A stretch of 64,000 nucleotides of DNA from an uncultured Mollicutes bacterium (GCA_900539265.1 UQBM01000004.1:7982-71981), one strand, 5' to 3'; shown: positions 40,666 to 50,297, numbered from the stretch's first letter. The notes: generated from the letters alone by a model not told the origin. Translations and numbers: made by a program.

Positions 40666-42081
40666 ATGGAAAAAAATTATGACGTAATTTTAGTTGGAGC
40701 TGGTCCTGCTGGGATTTTTTGTGCCTATGAATTAATAACCAAAAATAAGGATTTAAAAGTTTTATTAGTTGAAAAAGGCAATGATATTTATTCTAGAAAA
40801 TGTCCTATTTTAGAAAAAAAGGCGACTAAATGTCCAAATACGAAAACTGGAACTTGCTATCCAAGTTGTGCAATGACATCTGGTTTTGGTGGTTGTGGAG
40901 CTTATTCTGATGGAAAGTTTAATATTACTAGTGAATTTGGCGGTTGGATGGGTGAATATTTAGATGAAGATGAGGTTTTAGATTTAATTAAATATGTAGA
41001 TAAAATTAATTTAGACCATGGTGCACCCAAAGAACTTACGAATCCTTATACAAAAGAAGTTTTAGATATTGAAAAAAGAGGGATAGCAAGAGGATTAAAA
41101 CTTTTAAGAAGTGAAGTAAGACATCTTGGCACAGAAATTAATCTCCAAGTTTTGAAAAATATTTATGAAGATATGAAACCTAATCTTGATTATTTATTTG
41201 CGACAACTGTAGATGAAATTATTGTAGAAGATGGTACGATTAAAGGTATTATTTTAGAAAATGGTGAAAAACTAAAGGCTAAATATGTAGTACTTTGTAT
41301 AGGTAGGGCGGGTTCTAACTGGCTTACAAGGGTATTATCAAAGCATAAGGTATCGTTTAAAAACAATAAGGTTGATATTGGTGTTCGAGTAGAAACAAAT
41401 GATATTATTATGGAAGAAATTAACCGCTATCTTTATGAAGGCAAATTTATATTTACAACAAGTGTAGGGACAACCGTTAGAACTTTTTGTTCAAACCCTA
41501 GTGGGCATGTAGTTGTTGAAAATCATCATGGAGTAAAGGTTTGTAATGGTCATGCTTTTAATGATATTAGACTAGGTTCTAAAAATACTAATTTTGCTCT
41601 CCTTGTATCTCTCGAATTTGATGAACCTTTTAATGATCCTAATGGGTTTGCGGAAGAAATTAGTAGACTTGCTAATCAGTTGAGTAATGGTGGTGTAATA
41701 GTACAAAAGTTTGGTGATATTAAAAAAGGTAGAAGATCAACTAAAAAAAGAATTGATGAGGGATTTGTCAAACCTACTCTTAAAGAAGCAGTCCCTGGTG
41801 ATTTAGGTTTAGTTCTTCCTTATAATGTAATGAAATCACTAATTGAAATGATTGAGGCTTTAGATTACATTACTCCTGGTATTGCTAGTGATCATACTCT
41901 CTTTTATGGGGTAGAAGCTAAATTTTATAGTGATCGACCAATTGTGAATTCTCATTTTGAAACAGAAATTAAAAATTTATATGTTGGTGGTGATGGAGCT
42001 GGTATTACTAGAGGACTTGCTCAAGCTGGAGCAAATGGTGTAAAAATTGCAAGAAGTATTATTGAAAGGGAAGGAAAATAA
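40666..42081 (+). CDS. FAD-dependent oxidoreductase-like protein (COG2509-type)
   Basis: 471 aa. N-terminal DVILVGAGPAGIFCA dinucleotide-binding motif and Cys-rich stretch CPNTKTGTCYPSCAMTSGFGGCG. Confidence 0.65.
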   Translation: MEKNYDVILVGAGPAGIFCAYELITKNKDLKVLLVEKGNDIYSRKCPILEKKATKCPNTKTGTCYPSCAMTSGFGGCGAYSDGKFNITSEFGGWMGEYLDEDEVLDLIKYVDKINLDHGAPKELTNPYTKEVLDIEKRGIARGLKLLRSEVRHLGTEINLQVLKNIYEDMKPNLDYLFATTVDEIIVEDGTIKGIILENGEKLKAKYVVLCIGRAGSNWLTRVLSKHKVSFKNNKVDIGVRVETNDIIMEEINRYLYEGKFIFTTSVGTTVRTFCSNPSGHVVVENHHGVKVCNGHAFNDIRLGSKNTNFALLVSLEFDEPFNDPNGFAEEISRLANQLSNGGVIVQKFGDIKKGRRSTKKRIDEGFVKPTLKEAVPGDLGLVLPYNVMKSLIEMIEALDYITPGIASDHTLFYGVEAKFYSDRPIVNSHFETEIKNLYVGGDGAGITRGLAQAGANGVKIARSIIEREGK

Positions 42082-42086
42082 TAAAT

Positions 42087-42629
42087 ATGAATATTAACAA
42101 TAATATTAAAAAGACTTTAATTACAAAAGAAATGTTAGATGAGCGTATTTTAGAAATCGCTAAAAAGATTAGTATAGATTATTTAGATAAAAATCCTGTA
42201 ATGATTTGTCTTTTAAAGGGCAGTGTATCATATTTTTCTCACTTATGCGAAAATATTAATATTCCGCTTGAGTATGAATTTTTACGCGCATCTAGTTATC
42301 ATGGTGCGACTACTACAGGTGAAGTAAAATTATTACACGTACCAACGATTCCTCTAAAAAATCGTCATGTAATTATTGTTGAAGATATTATTGATACAGG
42401 TCTTACGCTTGCAGCAATCAAAAAGGTAATTCAAGATATGGAACCATCATCTTTAGAAATCACTACCCTTCTTGATAAACCATCAAGAAGATTAGAACAT
42501 AGCATTGTTCCTAAATATGTTGGATTTACGATTCCTGATGAATTTGTTGTTGGTTTTGGCCTTGATTATAATGAACAATATCGTAATCTTCCTTATATTG
42601 GTGTTTTAAAAGAAGAAATTTATAAATGA
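42087..42629 (+). CDS. hpt: Hypoxanthine(-guanine) phosphoribosyltransferase
   Basis: 180 aa. PRPP-binding motif VIIVEDIIDTGLTL. Confidence 0.85.
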   Translation: MNINNNIKKTLITKEMLDERILEIAKKISIDYLDKNPVMICLLKGSVSYFSHLCENINIPLEYEFLRASSYHGATTTGEVKLLHVPTIPLKNRHVIIVEDIIDTGLTLAAIKKVIQDMEPSSLEITTLLDKPSRRLEHSIVPKYVGFTIPDEFVVGFGLDYNEQYRNLPYIGVLKEEIYK

Positions 42630-42637
42630 GTTTTATT

Positions 42638-42665
42638 AAAAAACCTAGTTTTTTACTAGGTTTTT
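42638..42665 (+). terminator. Rho-independent terminator after hpt
   Basis: AAAAACCTAGT-tttttt-ACTAGGTTTTT hairpin. Confidence 0.6.
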
Positions 42666-42705
42666 ATCACCCTTTTGATAATTTGCGAATAAATTATTTT
42701 AAGAG

Positions 42706-43140
42706 GTGATGAAAATGATGATAAATATTTGTTTAATTTTTTATATTATTTTTATCATTGTGCTGATAATTATTTTGGCAAGGAACTCATTTATAAATGA
42801 ACAAAGAAAAAGAAGGGTTTTGATGTTATCAAAGGTCTGTTATGATTTATCACCATATTATGTTATTCAAATTTGTCCTTCTCAAGAAATATTAAATATT
42901 CCTGTTTTAGATGTTTGTTGTTATCTAGATTTTACTAATCTTGAAAAAGGAATTATGATAATTGAAAAAGCTTTAATATTAGGAATTCCTGTTATTACAA
43001 CTAATATTTATGCACATAAAATAGAAAAAAAGTTAAATCAATTAGCCAAAGAAAATAAAACGTATTTTATTTATAATGACACCCTTGTAATTGATAAAAT
43101 AATTGGTTTAATTAACCAGATAAATTTTTACGCAAAATAA
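42706..43140 (+). CDS. Hypothetical small membrane protein (possible glycosyltransferase C-terminal remnant)
   Basis: 144 aa. Hydrophobic N-terminal helix; the C-terminal ALILGIPVITTNIYAH stretch is reminiscent of a GT1-family C-terminus. Weak. Confidence 0.35.
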   Translation: MMKMMINICLIFYIIFIIVLIIILARNSFINEQRKRRVLMLSKVCYDLSPYYVIQICPSQEILNIPVLDVCCYLDFTNLEKGIMIIEKALILGIPVITTNIYAHKIEKKLNQLAKENKTYFIYNDTLVIDKIIGLINQINFYAK

Positions 43141-43199
43141 GACAAAAAAATAAAATTATGATATAATATCAAAGGAAGCAAAAGAAAGGAGCAATCGGT

Positions 43200-43817
43200 A
43201 TGACCTCTGTCGCAAGATTAATTAAAGCTAAAACAATTTCGTTTACAGAAGAAATTATTACGCATTATAAAGAATTAAACTTAACAGAAACAGAAGCTAT
43301 TGTTTTAATCTTTCTTTTTCGAAAATTAGATGATCAAGATAATATTTTATCAACAAGTTCTTTGACAAAAAAAATGACTTTAAGTGAAGATGAATTATCT
43401 AATTTGGTCGTTGGACTTGTTCAAAAAGGTTTTATTGAAATAAGTATGGAAGATGGAGTTGAATCATTTGAACTTGATGGTGTATATGAGGCCCTAGCCA
43501 CCGTTTTAAATCAAGAGGATAGAACTTCATTTATAAATCGACAGGATATGTTAAGTCAGATAGTTCTATATGTTGAGACCACTTATGCTAAGCCTTGTGC
43601 ACCTGCTGATTTAATGATTATTAATTCATGGTTAGATTTAGGTTATTCATATAATGAAATAAAAACTGCTGTTTTGGATAGTCTTAAAGCTAAGAAGTTA
43701 CATCTAAAATATGCAGATGCTATTTTAGCCAATCGTAAAACGCAAAGCAAGCGAACAACTGTTGAATATGACGAAGATATTAAAAAAATGTTGGATGCAA
43801 TGTATGTCAAAAGATGA
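43200..43817 (+). CDS. dnaD: DnaD-domain replication initiation/membrane attachment protein
   Basis: 205 aa. The DnaD-like C-terminal region (YNEIKTAVLDSLKAKKLHLKYADAILANRK) and conserved dnaD-nth synteny of Bacilli support the call. Confidence 0.65.
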   Translation: MTSVARLIKAKTISFTEEIITHYKELNLTETEAIVLIFLFRKLDDQDNILSTSSLTKKMTLSEDELSNLVVGLVQKGFIEISMEDGVESFELDGVYEALATVLNQEDRTSFINRQDMLSQIVLYVETTYAKPCAPADLMIINSWLDLGYSYNEIKTAVLDSLKAKKLHLKYADAILANRKTQSKRTTVEYDEDIKKMLDAMYVKR

Positions 43818-44442
43818 AGTAAGTATAATTTTACAAAATTTAGAAATTTTATTTCCAAACGCATCTTGTGAGTTAATATATCATAATTTATTTGAATTAT
43901 TGATTGCAGTAAGTCTATCGGCACAAACAACTGATAAAGCGGTAAATAAAGTAACTCCTGCTCTTTTTAGTGCTTACCCCGATGCATTCAGTCTTTCTCA
44001 AGCATCGCAAACAGATGTTCAAAGGATTATTAAAACGATTGGTTTAAGCCATAATAAAAGTAAGAATATTATTGCTCTTAGTAAGATTTTAATTGAAAAG
44101 TATCAAGGAGAAGTGCCTAAGGAACAAGAAAAGTTAGAAAGTTTACCAGGAGTGGGACGTAAAACAGCCAATGTTATTTTAACCGAAGGTTATCACATTC
44201 CAAGATTACCTGTTGATACTCATGTGGAAAGAGTATCAAAAAGGATGGGAATAGTTGATCAAAATGCTTCCGTTTTACAAGTTGAATTAAAATTAATGGA
44301 ATTAATCGATGAAAGTAAATGGCATCAAGCGCATCATTTGTTTTTATTTATGGGACGTTATAAGTGTTTAGCTAAAAATCCTAAATGTAGTGATTGTTTT
44401 TATAAAAATAAATGTAAATATGACAAAAAACCCCTTGAATAA
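43804..44442 (+). CDS. nth: Endonuclease III
   Basis: 212 aa from the ATG at 43804 (MSKDEVSIIL...). HhH-GPD motif LPGVGRKTANV and C-terminal 4Fe-4S cluster C-x6-C-x2-C-x5-C (CLAKNPKCSDCFYKNKC). Overlaps the dnaD stop. Confidence 0.85.
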   Translation: MSKDEVSIILQNLEILFPNASCELIYHNLFELLIAVSLSAQTTDKAVNKVTPALFSAYPDAFSLSQASQTDVQRIIKTIGLSHNKSKNIIALSKILIEKYQGEVPKEQEKLESLPGVGRKTANVILTEGYHIPRLPVDTHVERVSKRMGIVDQNASVLQVELKLMELIDESKWHQAHHLFLFMGRYKCLAKNPKCSDCFYKNKCKYDKKPLE

Positions 44443-44481
44443 ATGATATATTAATAATATATCAGTATTTAGGGGGTTTTT

Positions 44482-44658
44482 ATGTTTATTAAAGTATTTG
44501 ATGAAGAACACGAATTAGATTTAGAAAAAAAAGTTAATGAATTTTTAAGTAATTTTCAAACAGATGATATTATTGATATTAAATATAGTGTTGCGACTTT
44601 ATATGATGGTAGAAGTCAAATATATTGCTATTCTTGCCTTATAATGATTAAAAATTAA
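44482..44658 (+). CDS. Cse60-like small sporulation protein (not in ORF track, 58 aa)
   Basis: ATG at 44482 with AGGGGG RBS. MFIKVFDEEHELDLEKKVNEFL...DIKYSVATLYDGRSQIYCYSCLIMIKN resembles the Cse60/YteV family (v.lfDdEHE.DLe..vN.FL...diKY.v......ge.iYCfsa.I.y). Confidence 0.5.
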   Translation: MFIKVFDEEHELDLEKKVNEFLSNFQTDDIIDIKYSVATLYDGRSQIYCYSCLIMIKN

Positions 44659-44662
44659 TACA

Positions 44663-46279
44663 TTATTCTTTAATAGAAGGATCAATGTATATAGTTTTAT
44701 TGTTGTTAAAAGTAACATTTGATCCTTTCATTCCAGGAATTTTCTTTAGATATTTCACCAAAACATAATCAACAGGAACACTAGAGGAATGAGAAAATTT
44801 AGAAAAACTTGCGGCAAGATTCGCACAAAAGCGAATATCTTGTTCCGTTAAAATATAGGATGGGGTAGGAACTTTAAAAATAACATGAGAACCTGGTGCA
44901 TCCTTAACATGAAACCACCAATCATAACTTTTGGCAAGTTTATGTGTTATATATTCATTTTGGATATTATTTTTACCAACTAGTATTTCGTTATTATTTA
45001 AGATATATTTAGTAATATTAATTTTTTTGTTTTTTGGCTTAGATTCTTTTTTATCTTTAAGATATTTATTTTTGATTAATTCCATTTTAATTTCTTCAAG
45101 ATCTATATTATTTGCAAAATCAATTTGATTAGATATTTCATCCAAATATTTAATCTCATTACTAGTAATTTTTAATTGTAAATCAATCATACTAAGGGCA
45201 TTTTTGGCTTTTTTACTTTTTGCAAAAAGCTTTTTTAAATTGTTACTTGGATCAAGCATAGGATCTAATTGGATTTCAAGAGGTTGATGATGAAAAAAAT
45301 CATCGACAATAATTTTATCCATTCCTTTTTGAACTTTATAAAGATTGGCTTGCAGTAAAATACCAATTTCATTATATTTTAAATTTTCATTAGCAACCTC
45401 TAAATCGTTTTGTAAATGATCTATTTTATTTTGTAAATGAATAATTTTATTTTTTATTATTTTTTTTAATGCTTTTGCTTTATCGTTATAAATTGTCCTA
45501 TAATCTTTATAATAAACATCAAGCATCATATTTATAGAATCGAAGCCATCTTTGATAATTTGATAATTAAATAGGGGTAAAATATAAAAATCATATTTTT
45601 TATCAATTTGATATATTGCATAGTTTAATGGATGTTGTAAATAATTTTTAAGACTTTGATGTGAATTCTTAATCGCATCTTTGGCAAGTTTTGATACCCC
45701 TTGTAACATATCTATATCATATTGATTAGATTCATCTATTAAAAAAGGATTAATGGTCGTATTAGATGGTGGATAAGAGTAGGTAGCTTTTGGTAAAATT
45801 AGTCTCTTACTATCTTCTGATGGAGGAAGTTTTCGAATAGCATCAATAATAATATTTTGCGAATTTATTAAAATAATATTGCTATTTCTACCCATCAATT
45901 CAACAATTAAACGATAGTTAATATTATCACCAAGTTCACTTATAGAACTAATATGAAAGACGATAATCCTATCATTGTCAATTTGTTCAATTTTGGTAAT
46001 AATTCCACTTTCTAGATATTTGCGCAAAACCATACAAAAATTTTTAGGAGACTCAAATGATGAAATTTTCCTATCAGTTAAATAAATTCTAGGCATATCT
46101 AAAGAAGAAGATATAAAAAGTTGATAATTTTTGATTTTATTATCAGTTTGATTCTTCGATCTAATTTGCAAACACAAATCTAGACTGCTTGGTTCAATTA
46201 TTTTATTAATTTTACCACCAACTAATTTTTCGCTTAATTCAGATATCAAAAAATGAATAAGAATTCCATCATAGGGCAT
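44663..46279 (-). CDS. rqcH: RqcH/FbpA (NFACT family) ribosome quality-control protein
   Basis: 539 aa from the ATG at 46279 (MPYDGILIHFLISEL...). NFACT-N domain, coiled-coil middle, and C-terminal DUF814 (WFHVKDAPGSHVI). The upstream 28 codons of the ORF-track call are hydrophobic junk. Confidence 0.85.
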   Translation of the reverse strand: MPYDGILIHFLISELSEKLVGGKINKIIEPSSLDLCLQIRSKNQTDNKIKNYQLFISSSLDMPRIYLTDRKISSFESPKNFCMVLRKYLESGIITKIEQIDNDRIIVFHISSISELGDNINYRLIVELMGRNSNIILINSQNIIIDAIRKLPPSEDSKRLILPKATYSYPPSNTTINPFLIDESNQYDIDMLQGVSKLAKDAIKNSHQSLKNYLQHPLNYAIYQIDKKYDFYILPLFNYQIIKDGFDSINMMLDVYYKDYRTIYNDKAKALKKIIKNKIIHLQNKIDHLQNDLEVANENLKYNEIGILLQANLYKVQKGMDKIIVDDFFHHQPLEIQLDPMLDPSNNLKKLFAKSKKAKNALSMIDLQLKITSNEIKYLDEISNQIDFANNIDLEEIKMELIKNKYLKDKKESKPKNKKINITKYILNNNEILVGKNNIQNEYITHKLAKSYDWWFHVKDAPGSHVIFKVPTPSYILTEQDIRFCANLAASFSKFSHSSSVPVDYVLVKYLKKIPGMKGSNVTFNNNKTIYIDPSIKE

Positions 46280-46408
46280 ATTGTTTAACCTTCTTTTTAT
46301 AAATTTATACTTTATTATACAACAAAAAATTAAAAATAACAAAACTATTGAAAAAAAAAACAAATAGTGGTAAAATAAACCAAATAGATATCATTTTGAG
46401 GTTAACAT

Positions 46409-47026
46409 ATGAAACTTAATGAAAAAGGATTATTAATTGTTATTTCGGGACCATCTGGAGTTGGGAAAGGAACGATTCGTAAAGCGCTATTTCAAAGAAC
46501 TGGCCATAATTTAGATTTTTCTGTTTCAATGACTACTAGAATACCAAGAGAAGGAGAAATTAATGGTAAAGATTATTTCTTTGTAACCAAAGAAGAATTT
46601 GAACAGGAAATAAAAAATGATAATTTATTAGAACATGCAAAATTTGTCAATAACTACTATGGAACTCCTAAAAATAAGGTATTAGAAAAATTAGAAGAAG
46701 GAAAAGAAGTAGTATTAGAAATAGAGGTTCAAGGTGCTCTTCAAGTGAAAGCGAAAATGTCAGATGCTGTGTTTATTTTTATTGCTCCACCATCTTGGAA
46801 AGCTTTAGAACATCGATTAACTAACAGGGGAACAGAGACAAGTGATATCATCATTGAGCGGTTAACTAAGGCAAAAAATGAAATAATGTTTGCTTCATCT
46901 TATGATTATATTGTTATCAATGATGAAGTAGAAAATGCAGTTGATAAAATCATTGCAATTATTAGAGCAGAACATGCCAAGTGTGAAAGAGCACTAGAAG
47001 GATATTATAAATTAATGGAGGAATAA
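46409..47026 (+). CDS. gmk: Guanylate kinase
   Basis: 205 aa. GPSGVGKGT P-loop. Confidence 0.9.
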   Translation: MKLNEKGLLIVISGPSGVGKGTIRKALFQRTGHNLDFSVSMTTRIPREGEINGKDYFFVTKEEFEQEIKNDNLLEHAKFVNNYYGTPKNKVLEKLEEGKEVVLEIEVQGALQVKAKMSDAVFIFIAPPSWKALEHRLTNRGTETSDIIIERLTKAKNEIMFASSYDYIVINDEVENAVDKIIAIIRAEHAKCERALEGYYKLMEE

Positions 47027-47028
47027 TT

Positions 47029-47259
47029 ATGAGTCAAATGGAAAATATTAATCAAGAAAGAGATGGGCTTCGTTACCCATCAATCGATGAATTAACAGAT
47101 AAATCTTCATCTAAATATAAATTAGTGATTGCAGCTGCCAAACGTGCTAAAGAAATTGATGCATCAAAAAAGAGCTTTCTTCCGGAAACAAAGAATATTA
47201 AAAGTATTGGAATTGCCTTAGAAGAAATTATTGCTAACAAAGTAGAGGTAATTGATTGA
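47029..47259 (+). CDS. rpoZ: DNA-directed RNA polymerase subunit omega
   Basis: 76 aa. Conserved gmk-rpoZ synteny, and NKYKLVIAAAKRAKEI matches the RpoZ core. Confidence 0.85.
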   Translation: MSQMENINQERDGLRYPSIDELTDKSSSKYKLVIAAAKRAKEIDASKKSFLPETKNIKSIGIALEEIIANKVEVID

Positions 47260-48770
47260 TGGAAAAAGCTTTAGAAGTCTATCAAAAGACCAGAAAAAAA
47301 CTTAATGCATTTAACTATGCCATGTATATGATTAGTTGGGATTCTGAAACTGAGGCTCCTGTGGGATGCTTAGAAGAAAGGTCTAAACAAATTGGTGAAC
47401 TTGTTTCAATGATGTTAGAAATATCTCATTGTAAAGATTATATTGAGGCAGTAAAAACTTTATATAGTAAAAAAGAAGAGTTAGAAACAGATTTAAAATT
47501 AGAAATTATTAAAGTTTGGGAAGAATTAGAAAAAGAATTAAAAATTCCTGAAGCAGAACTCATCGAATATGAAATGTTGTTAGCGAAAGCCAATAACATT
47601 TGGTGTGAGGCTAAACTTAATAATAATTATGAATCATTTGCTCCTATTTTGGCCAAAATCATAAATTGGCAAAAAAAATATATTAAATATTTGGAAACAG
47701 ATAATTTAAAAGGTTATGACGTTTTGTTAAATGACTATGAAAAAGGTTTTACAAGAAAAGAATATGATGAATTTTTTGATGTTTTAAAAAAAGAATTAGT
47801 TCCTTTTGTCAAAAAGATTACCTCATTAAAACCTTTTGATGATTCTTTTGTATATAAAAAATATGATATTGACAAGCAAAAAGAGTTTGCCCATTATTTG
47901 ATGGATGTTATGTGTTTTGATAAAAAGTTTGGTTTGACTAAGGAATCAGAGCATCCGTTTACTTCTGGATATGGTACTACCGATGTGAGAGTTACTTGTC
48001 ATTATTATGAAAATCTTTTGACATCAAGTATTTTTTCAATGATTCATGAATTAGGGCATGCTACTTATGAAAGACAATGTGATAGCAAATATGATGATAC
48101 AGCTTTAAGTGGTGGTACAACAATGGCTATGCATGAATCACAATCTCGTTTCTATGAAAATATTGTTGGTAGAAGTTATCCATTTTGGTGTAAACATTAT
48201 CCTGTTTTACAAAAGCTATTTACTGAAAATTTGCATAATGTAACAGTTGATGATTTTTATTATGCTATAAATAAAATTGAAAATACGCTTATTAGAACAG
48301 AGGCTGATGAACTTACTTATCCTCTTCATATTATGGTTAGATATGATATGGAGAAAGCAATAATTGAATCAAATATTGATGTAAACGAATTACCAAAACT
48401 TTGGAATAAATTATATAAAGATTATTTAGGAATTGAGGTGCCCAATGATGCTAAAGGTATTTTACAAGATGTTCATTGGGCTGGTGGTTCATTTGGATAT
48501 TTTCCTACTTATGCTTTAGGAAGTGCTTATGCGGCCCAACTTTATCATCAAATGAAAAAAGAACTTAATATTGATGAAGTTTTTGGAGCAAATGATTTGT
48601 CTAAAGTGAATGAATGGTTAAAAGAAAAAGTTCATCAATATGCAGGTTCAAAAAGTCCAAAAGAAATATTATTAATGGTAACTCATGAAGAATTTAATCC
48701 AAAATACTATCTTGAATATCTAAAAGAAAAATATTCAAAAATATATCAATTAACTAATGAAAAAAAATAA
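47256..48770 (+). CDS. M32 family carboxypeptidase (carboxypeptidase Taq-like)
   Basis: 504 aa. HELGHATYE zinc motif plus the M32-specific IRTEADELTYPLHI and GYFPTYALG motifs. Confidence 0.85.
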   Translation: MMEKALEVYQKTRKKLNAFNYAMYMISWDSETEAPVGCLEERSKQIGELVSMMLEISHCKDYIEAVKTLYSKKEELETDLKLEIIKVWEELEKELKIPEAELIEYEMLLAKANNIWCEAKLNNNYESFAPILAKIINWQKKYIKYLETDNLKGYDVLLNDYEKGFTRKEYDEFFDVLKKELVPFVKKITSLKPFDDSFVYKKYDIDKQKEFAHYLMDVMCFDKKFGLTKESEHPFTSGYGTTDVRVTCHYYENLLTSSIFSMIHELGHATYERQCDSKYDDTALSGGTTMAMHESQSRFYENIVGRSYPFWCKHYPVLQKLFTENLHNVTVDDFYYAINKIENTLIRTEADELTYPLHIMVRYDMEKAIIESNIDVNELPKLWNKLYKDYLGIEVPNDAKGILQDVHWAGGSFGYFPTYALGSAYAAQLYHQMKKELNIDEVFGANDLSKVNEWLKEKVHQYAGSKSPKEILLMVTHEEFNPKYYLEYLKEKYSKIYQLTNEKK

Positions 48771-48778
48771 GGAGGTTA

Positions 48779-49576
48779 TTGATGGCAAAAATAGTCTTAA
48801 AAAGAAAAAAATCAGATAAGGATACATATTTAGTTCGCAATGTAAAAAGTGCATATGGTGAATTAAAATATGATGATACTTTATTAGAAGAAGATCAAAT
48901 AGTTGAGCCAGTAGGAAAAATTCATGAGGAAGCATTAAAACAAGAATTAATTCTTAATGAGGCGCATAAACAAAAAATAGAAGAAGAAAAACGCCTTGTT
49001 GAAGAAAAAGCAAAAAAAGAAGAAGAGAAACGCCTTGCTGAAGAAAAAGCAAAAAAAGAAGAAGAAGAGAAACGTCTTGCTGAAGAAAAAGCAAAAAAAG
49101 AAGAAGAGAAACGCCTTGCTGAAGAAAAAGCAAAAAAAGAAGAAGAGAAACGCCTTGTTGAAGAAAAAGCAAAAAAAGAAGAAGAAGAAAAACGCCTTGC
49201 TGAAGAAAAAGCCCATATGGAAGAACTTCGAAGACAACAAGTTAGTGTAGCAGAAGTTAAAGAGATTATATCTGATGAGACTGCTAGCATTTTAATTGAA
49301 AAAGAGTTTGATGAAGAGAAGATTTTTGGGAACAAAAAGGGAATTATTAATATTGATATAATATCACGTAACTTTAAAGCTGGTGATATTGTTACAGTAA
49401 ATACTTTAAAAGATAAAAAATTAATTGACAAAAATATTTGTTTTGTTAAAGTTCTTGCAAGAGGAGTTATTGATAAACCATTAGTTGTAAAAGCACAAGA
49501 TTTTTCCTTAGATGCAGTTAAAATGATTCAACTTACAGGTGGTAAGGTCGTATTATTAGATAAAAAGAAATATTAA
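48779..49576 (+). CDS. uL15 (ribosomal protein L15)-like C-terminal domain protein with Glu/Lys-rich tandem repeats
   Basis: 265 aa. The C-terminus GIINIDIISRNFKAGDIVTVNTLKDKKLI...VKVLARGVIDKPLVVKAQDFSLDAVKMIQLTGGKVVLL aligns with the uL15 C-terminus (..vNLdkL....eG.evt.e.L...gli.......vKiLGnG.l.kkltVkA.kfS.sA.e.ie.aGG..evi). The middle carries about 6 copies of EE(E)KRLAEEKAKKE. Confidence 0.55.
   Translation: MMAKIVLKRKKSDKDTYLVRNVKSAYGELKYDDTLLEEDQIVEPVGKIHEEALKQELILNEAHKQKIEEEKRLVEEKAKKEEEKRLAEEKAKKEEEEKRLAEEKAKKEEEKRLAEEKAKKEEEKRLVEEKAKKEEEEKRLAEEKAHMEELRRQQVSVAEVKEIISDETASILIEKEFDEEKIFGNKKGIINIDIISRNFKAGDIVTVNTLKDKKLIDKNICFVKVLARGVIDKPLVVKAQDFSLDAVKMIQLTGGKVVLLDKKKY
48980..49212 (+). 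repeat. Near-perfect 39/42-bp tandem repeat (about 6 copies) inside the uL15-like CDS
   Basis: Unit GAAGAAGAGAAACGCCTTGCTGAAGAAAAAGCAAAAAAA. Copies at 48980, 49019, 49058 (42 nt), 49100, 49139 and 49178 (partial), with only 1-3 substitutions per copy. Confidence 0.9.
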
Positions 49577-49580
49577 AATT

Positions 49581-49613
49581 AGAAACCTTCTGTGTCTTAT
49601 AGAAGGTTTTTTT
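49581..49613 (+). terminator. Rho-independent terminator after the uL15-like gene
   Basis: AGAAACCTTCT-gtgtcttat-AGAAGGTTT hairpin followed by TTTT. Confidence 0.65.
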
Positions 49614-49696
49614 AAAATTTAATCATTTTTATTGGTATATTATTTAGATTCTTTGTAATAATAATATTGCAAAATATTAATAAGTGAGTATCTAAC

Positions 49697-49725
49697 TTGA
49701 CTTTGAAGGCTAAAATGAGTATAAT
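49697..49725 (+). promoter_or_regulatory. Sigma-A promoter of the str operon (TTGACT, 17 nt, TATAAT)
   Basis: TTGACT at 49697-49702 and TATAAT at 49720-49725, about 110 nt upstream of rpsL. Confidence 0.5.
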
Positions 49726-49835
49726 ATTAGAGGTTATGTTTTGACTATTGTCAAGACTATATTTTTTGAAGTATTGAAACACGTGGAAATGTGGAATATA
49801 CATCAAATAACTAATAAATGAAAGGAGAAAAAAAG

Positions 49836-50258
49836 ATGCCTACAATTAATCAATTAGTACGCAATTCACGCGAAGATAAGGTTAGAAAATCAAAATCACC
49901 ACATCTTGGAATTGGTTTTAATTCTTTAAAGAAAGTTGCAACAACTATTAATTGTCCTCAGAAGAAAGGTGTTTGTACTCGTGTTACAACAATGACACCT
50001 AAAAAACCAAATTCTGCTATTCGTAAGATGGCCCGTGTTCGTTTAAGTAATGGTATTGAAGTAACTGCTTATATTCCAGGTATTGGTCATAAGTTACAAG
50101 AACACAATACTGTATTAATTCGTGGAGGTCGTGTTAGAGACTTACCAGGTGTTCGTTATCATATAATTCGTGGGACACTTGATACTACAGGTGTTGAAAG
50201 TCGTAAACAAGCCCGTTCTAAATATGGTGCAAAACGCCCAAAAGCTGGAAAAAAATAA
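49836..50258 (+). CDS. rpsL: 30S ribosomal protein S12
   Basis: 140 aa from MPTINQLVR (AAAGGAG RBS). The ORF-track start at 49818 is a 6-codon upstream extension. Confidence 0.95.
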   Translation: MPTINQLVRNSREDKVRKSKSPHLGIGFNSLKKVATTINCPQKKGVCTRVTTMTPKKPNSAIRKMARVRLSNGIEVTAYIPGIGHKLQEHNTVLIRGGRVRDLPGVRYHIIRGTLDTTGVESRKQARSKYGAKRPKAGKK

Positions 50259-50297
50259 GATAAAATAAATTTATAAATGTAGAAAGGAGGAACCTTC

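Noticed and set aside
44445-44465. 10-bp AT-only inverted repeat TGATATATTA-a-TAATATATCA between nth and the cse60-like ORF
   Set aside because: Pure A/T palindromes of this size are frequent by chance in a genome with about 72% A/T. It could be a weak terminator or operator, but there is no support beyond symmetry.
48922-49431. Several antisense and alternative-frame ORFs (48922-49431 -, 48947-49240 -, 48954-49172 -, 48996-49250 +) overlapping the uL15-like gene
   Set aside because: These are artefacts of the low-complexity GAA/AAA-rich tandem repeat: any frame of a purine-rich repeat is open. Only the EEKAKKE frame continues into a conserved (uL15-like) domain with an RBS and terminator.
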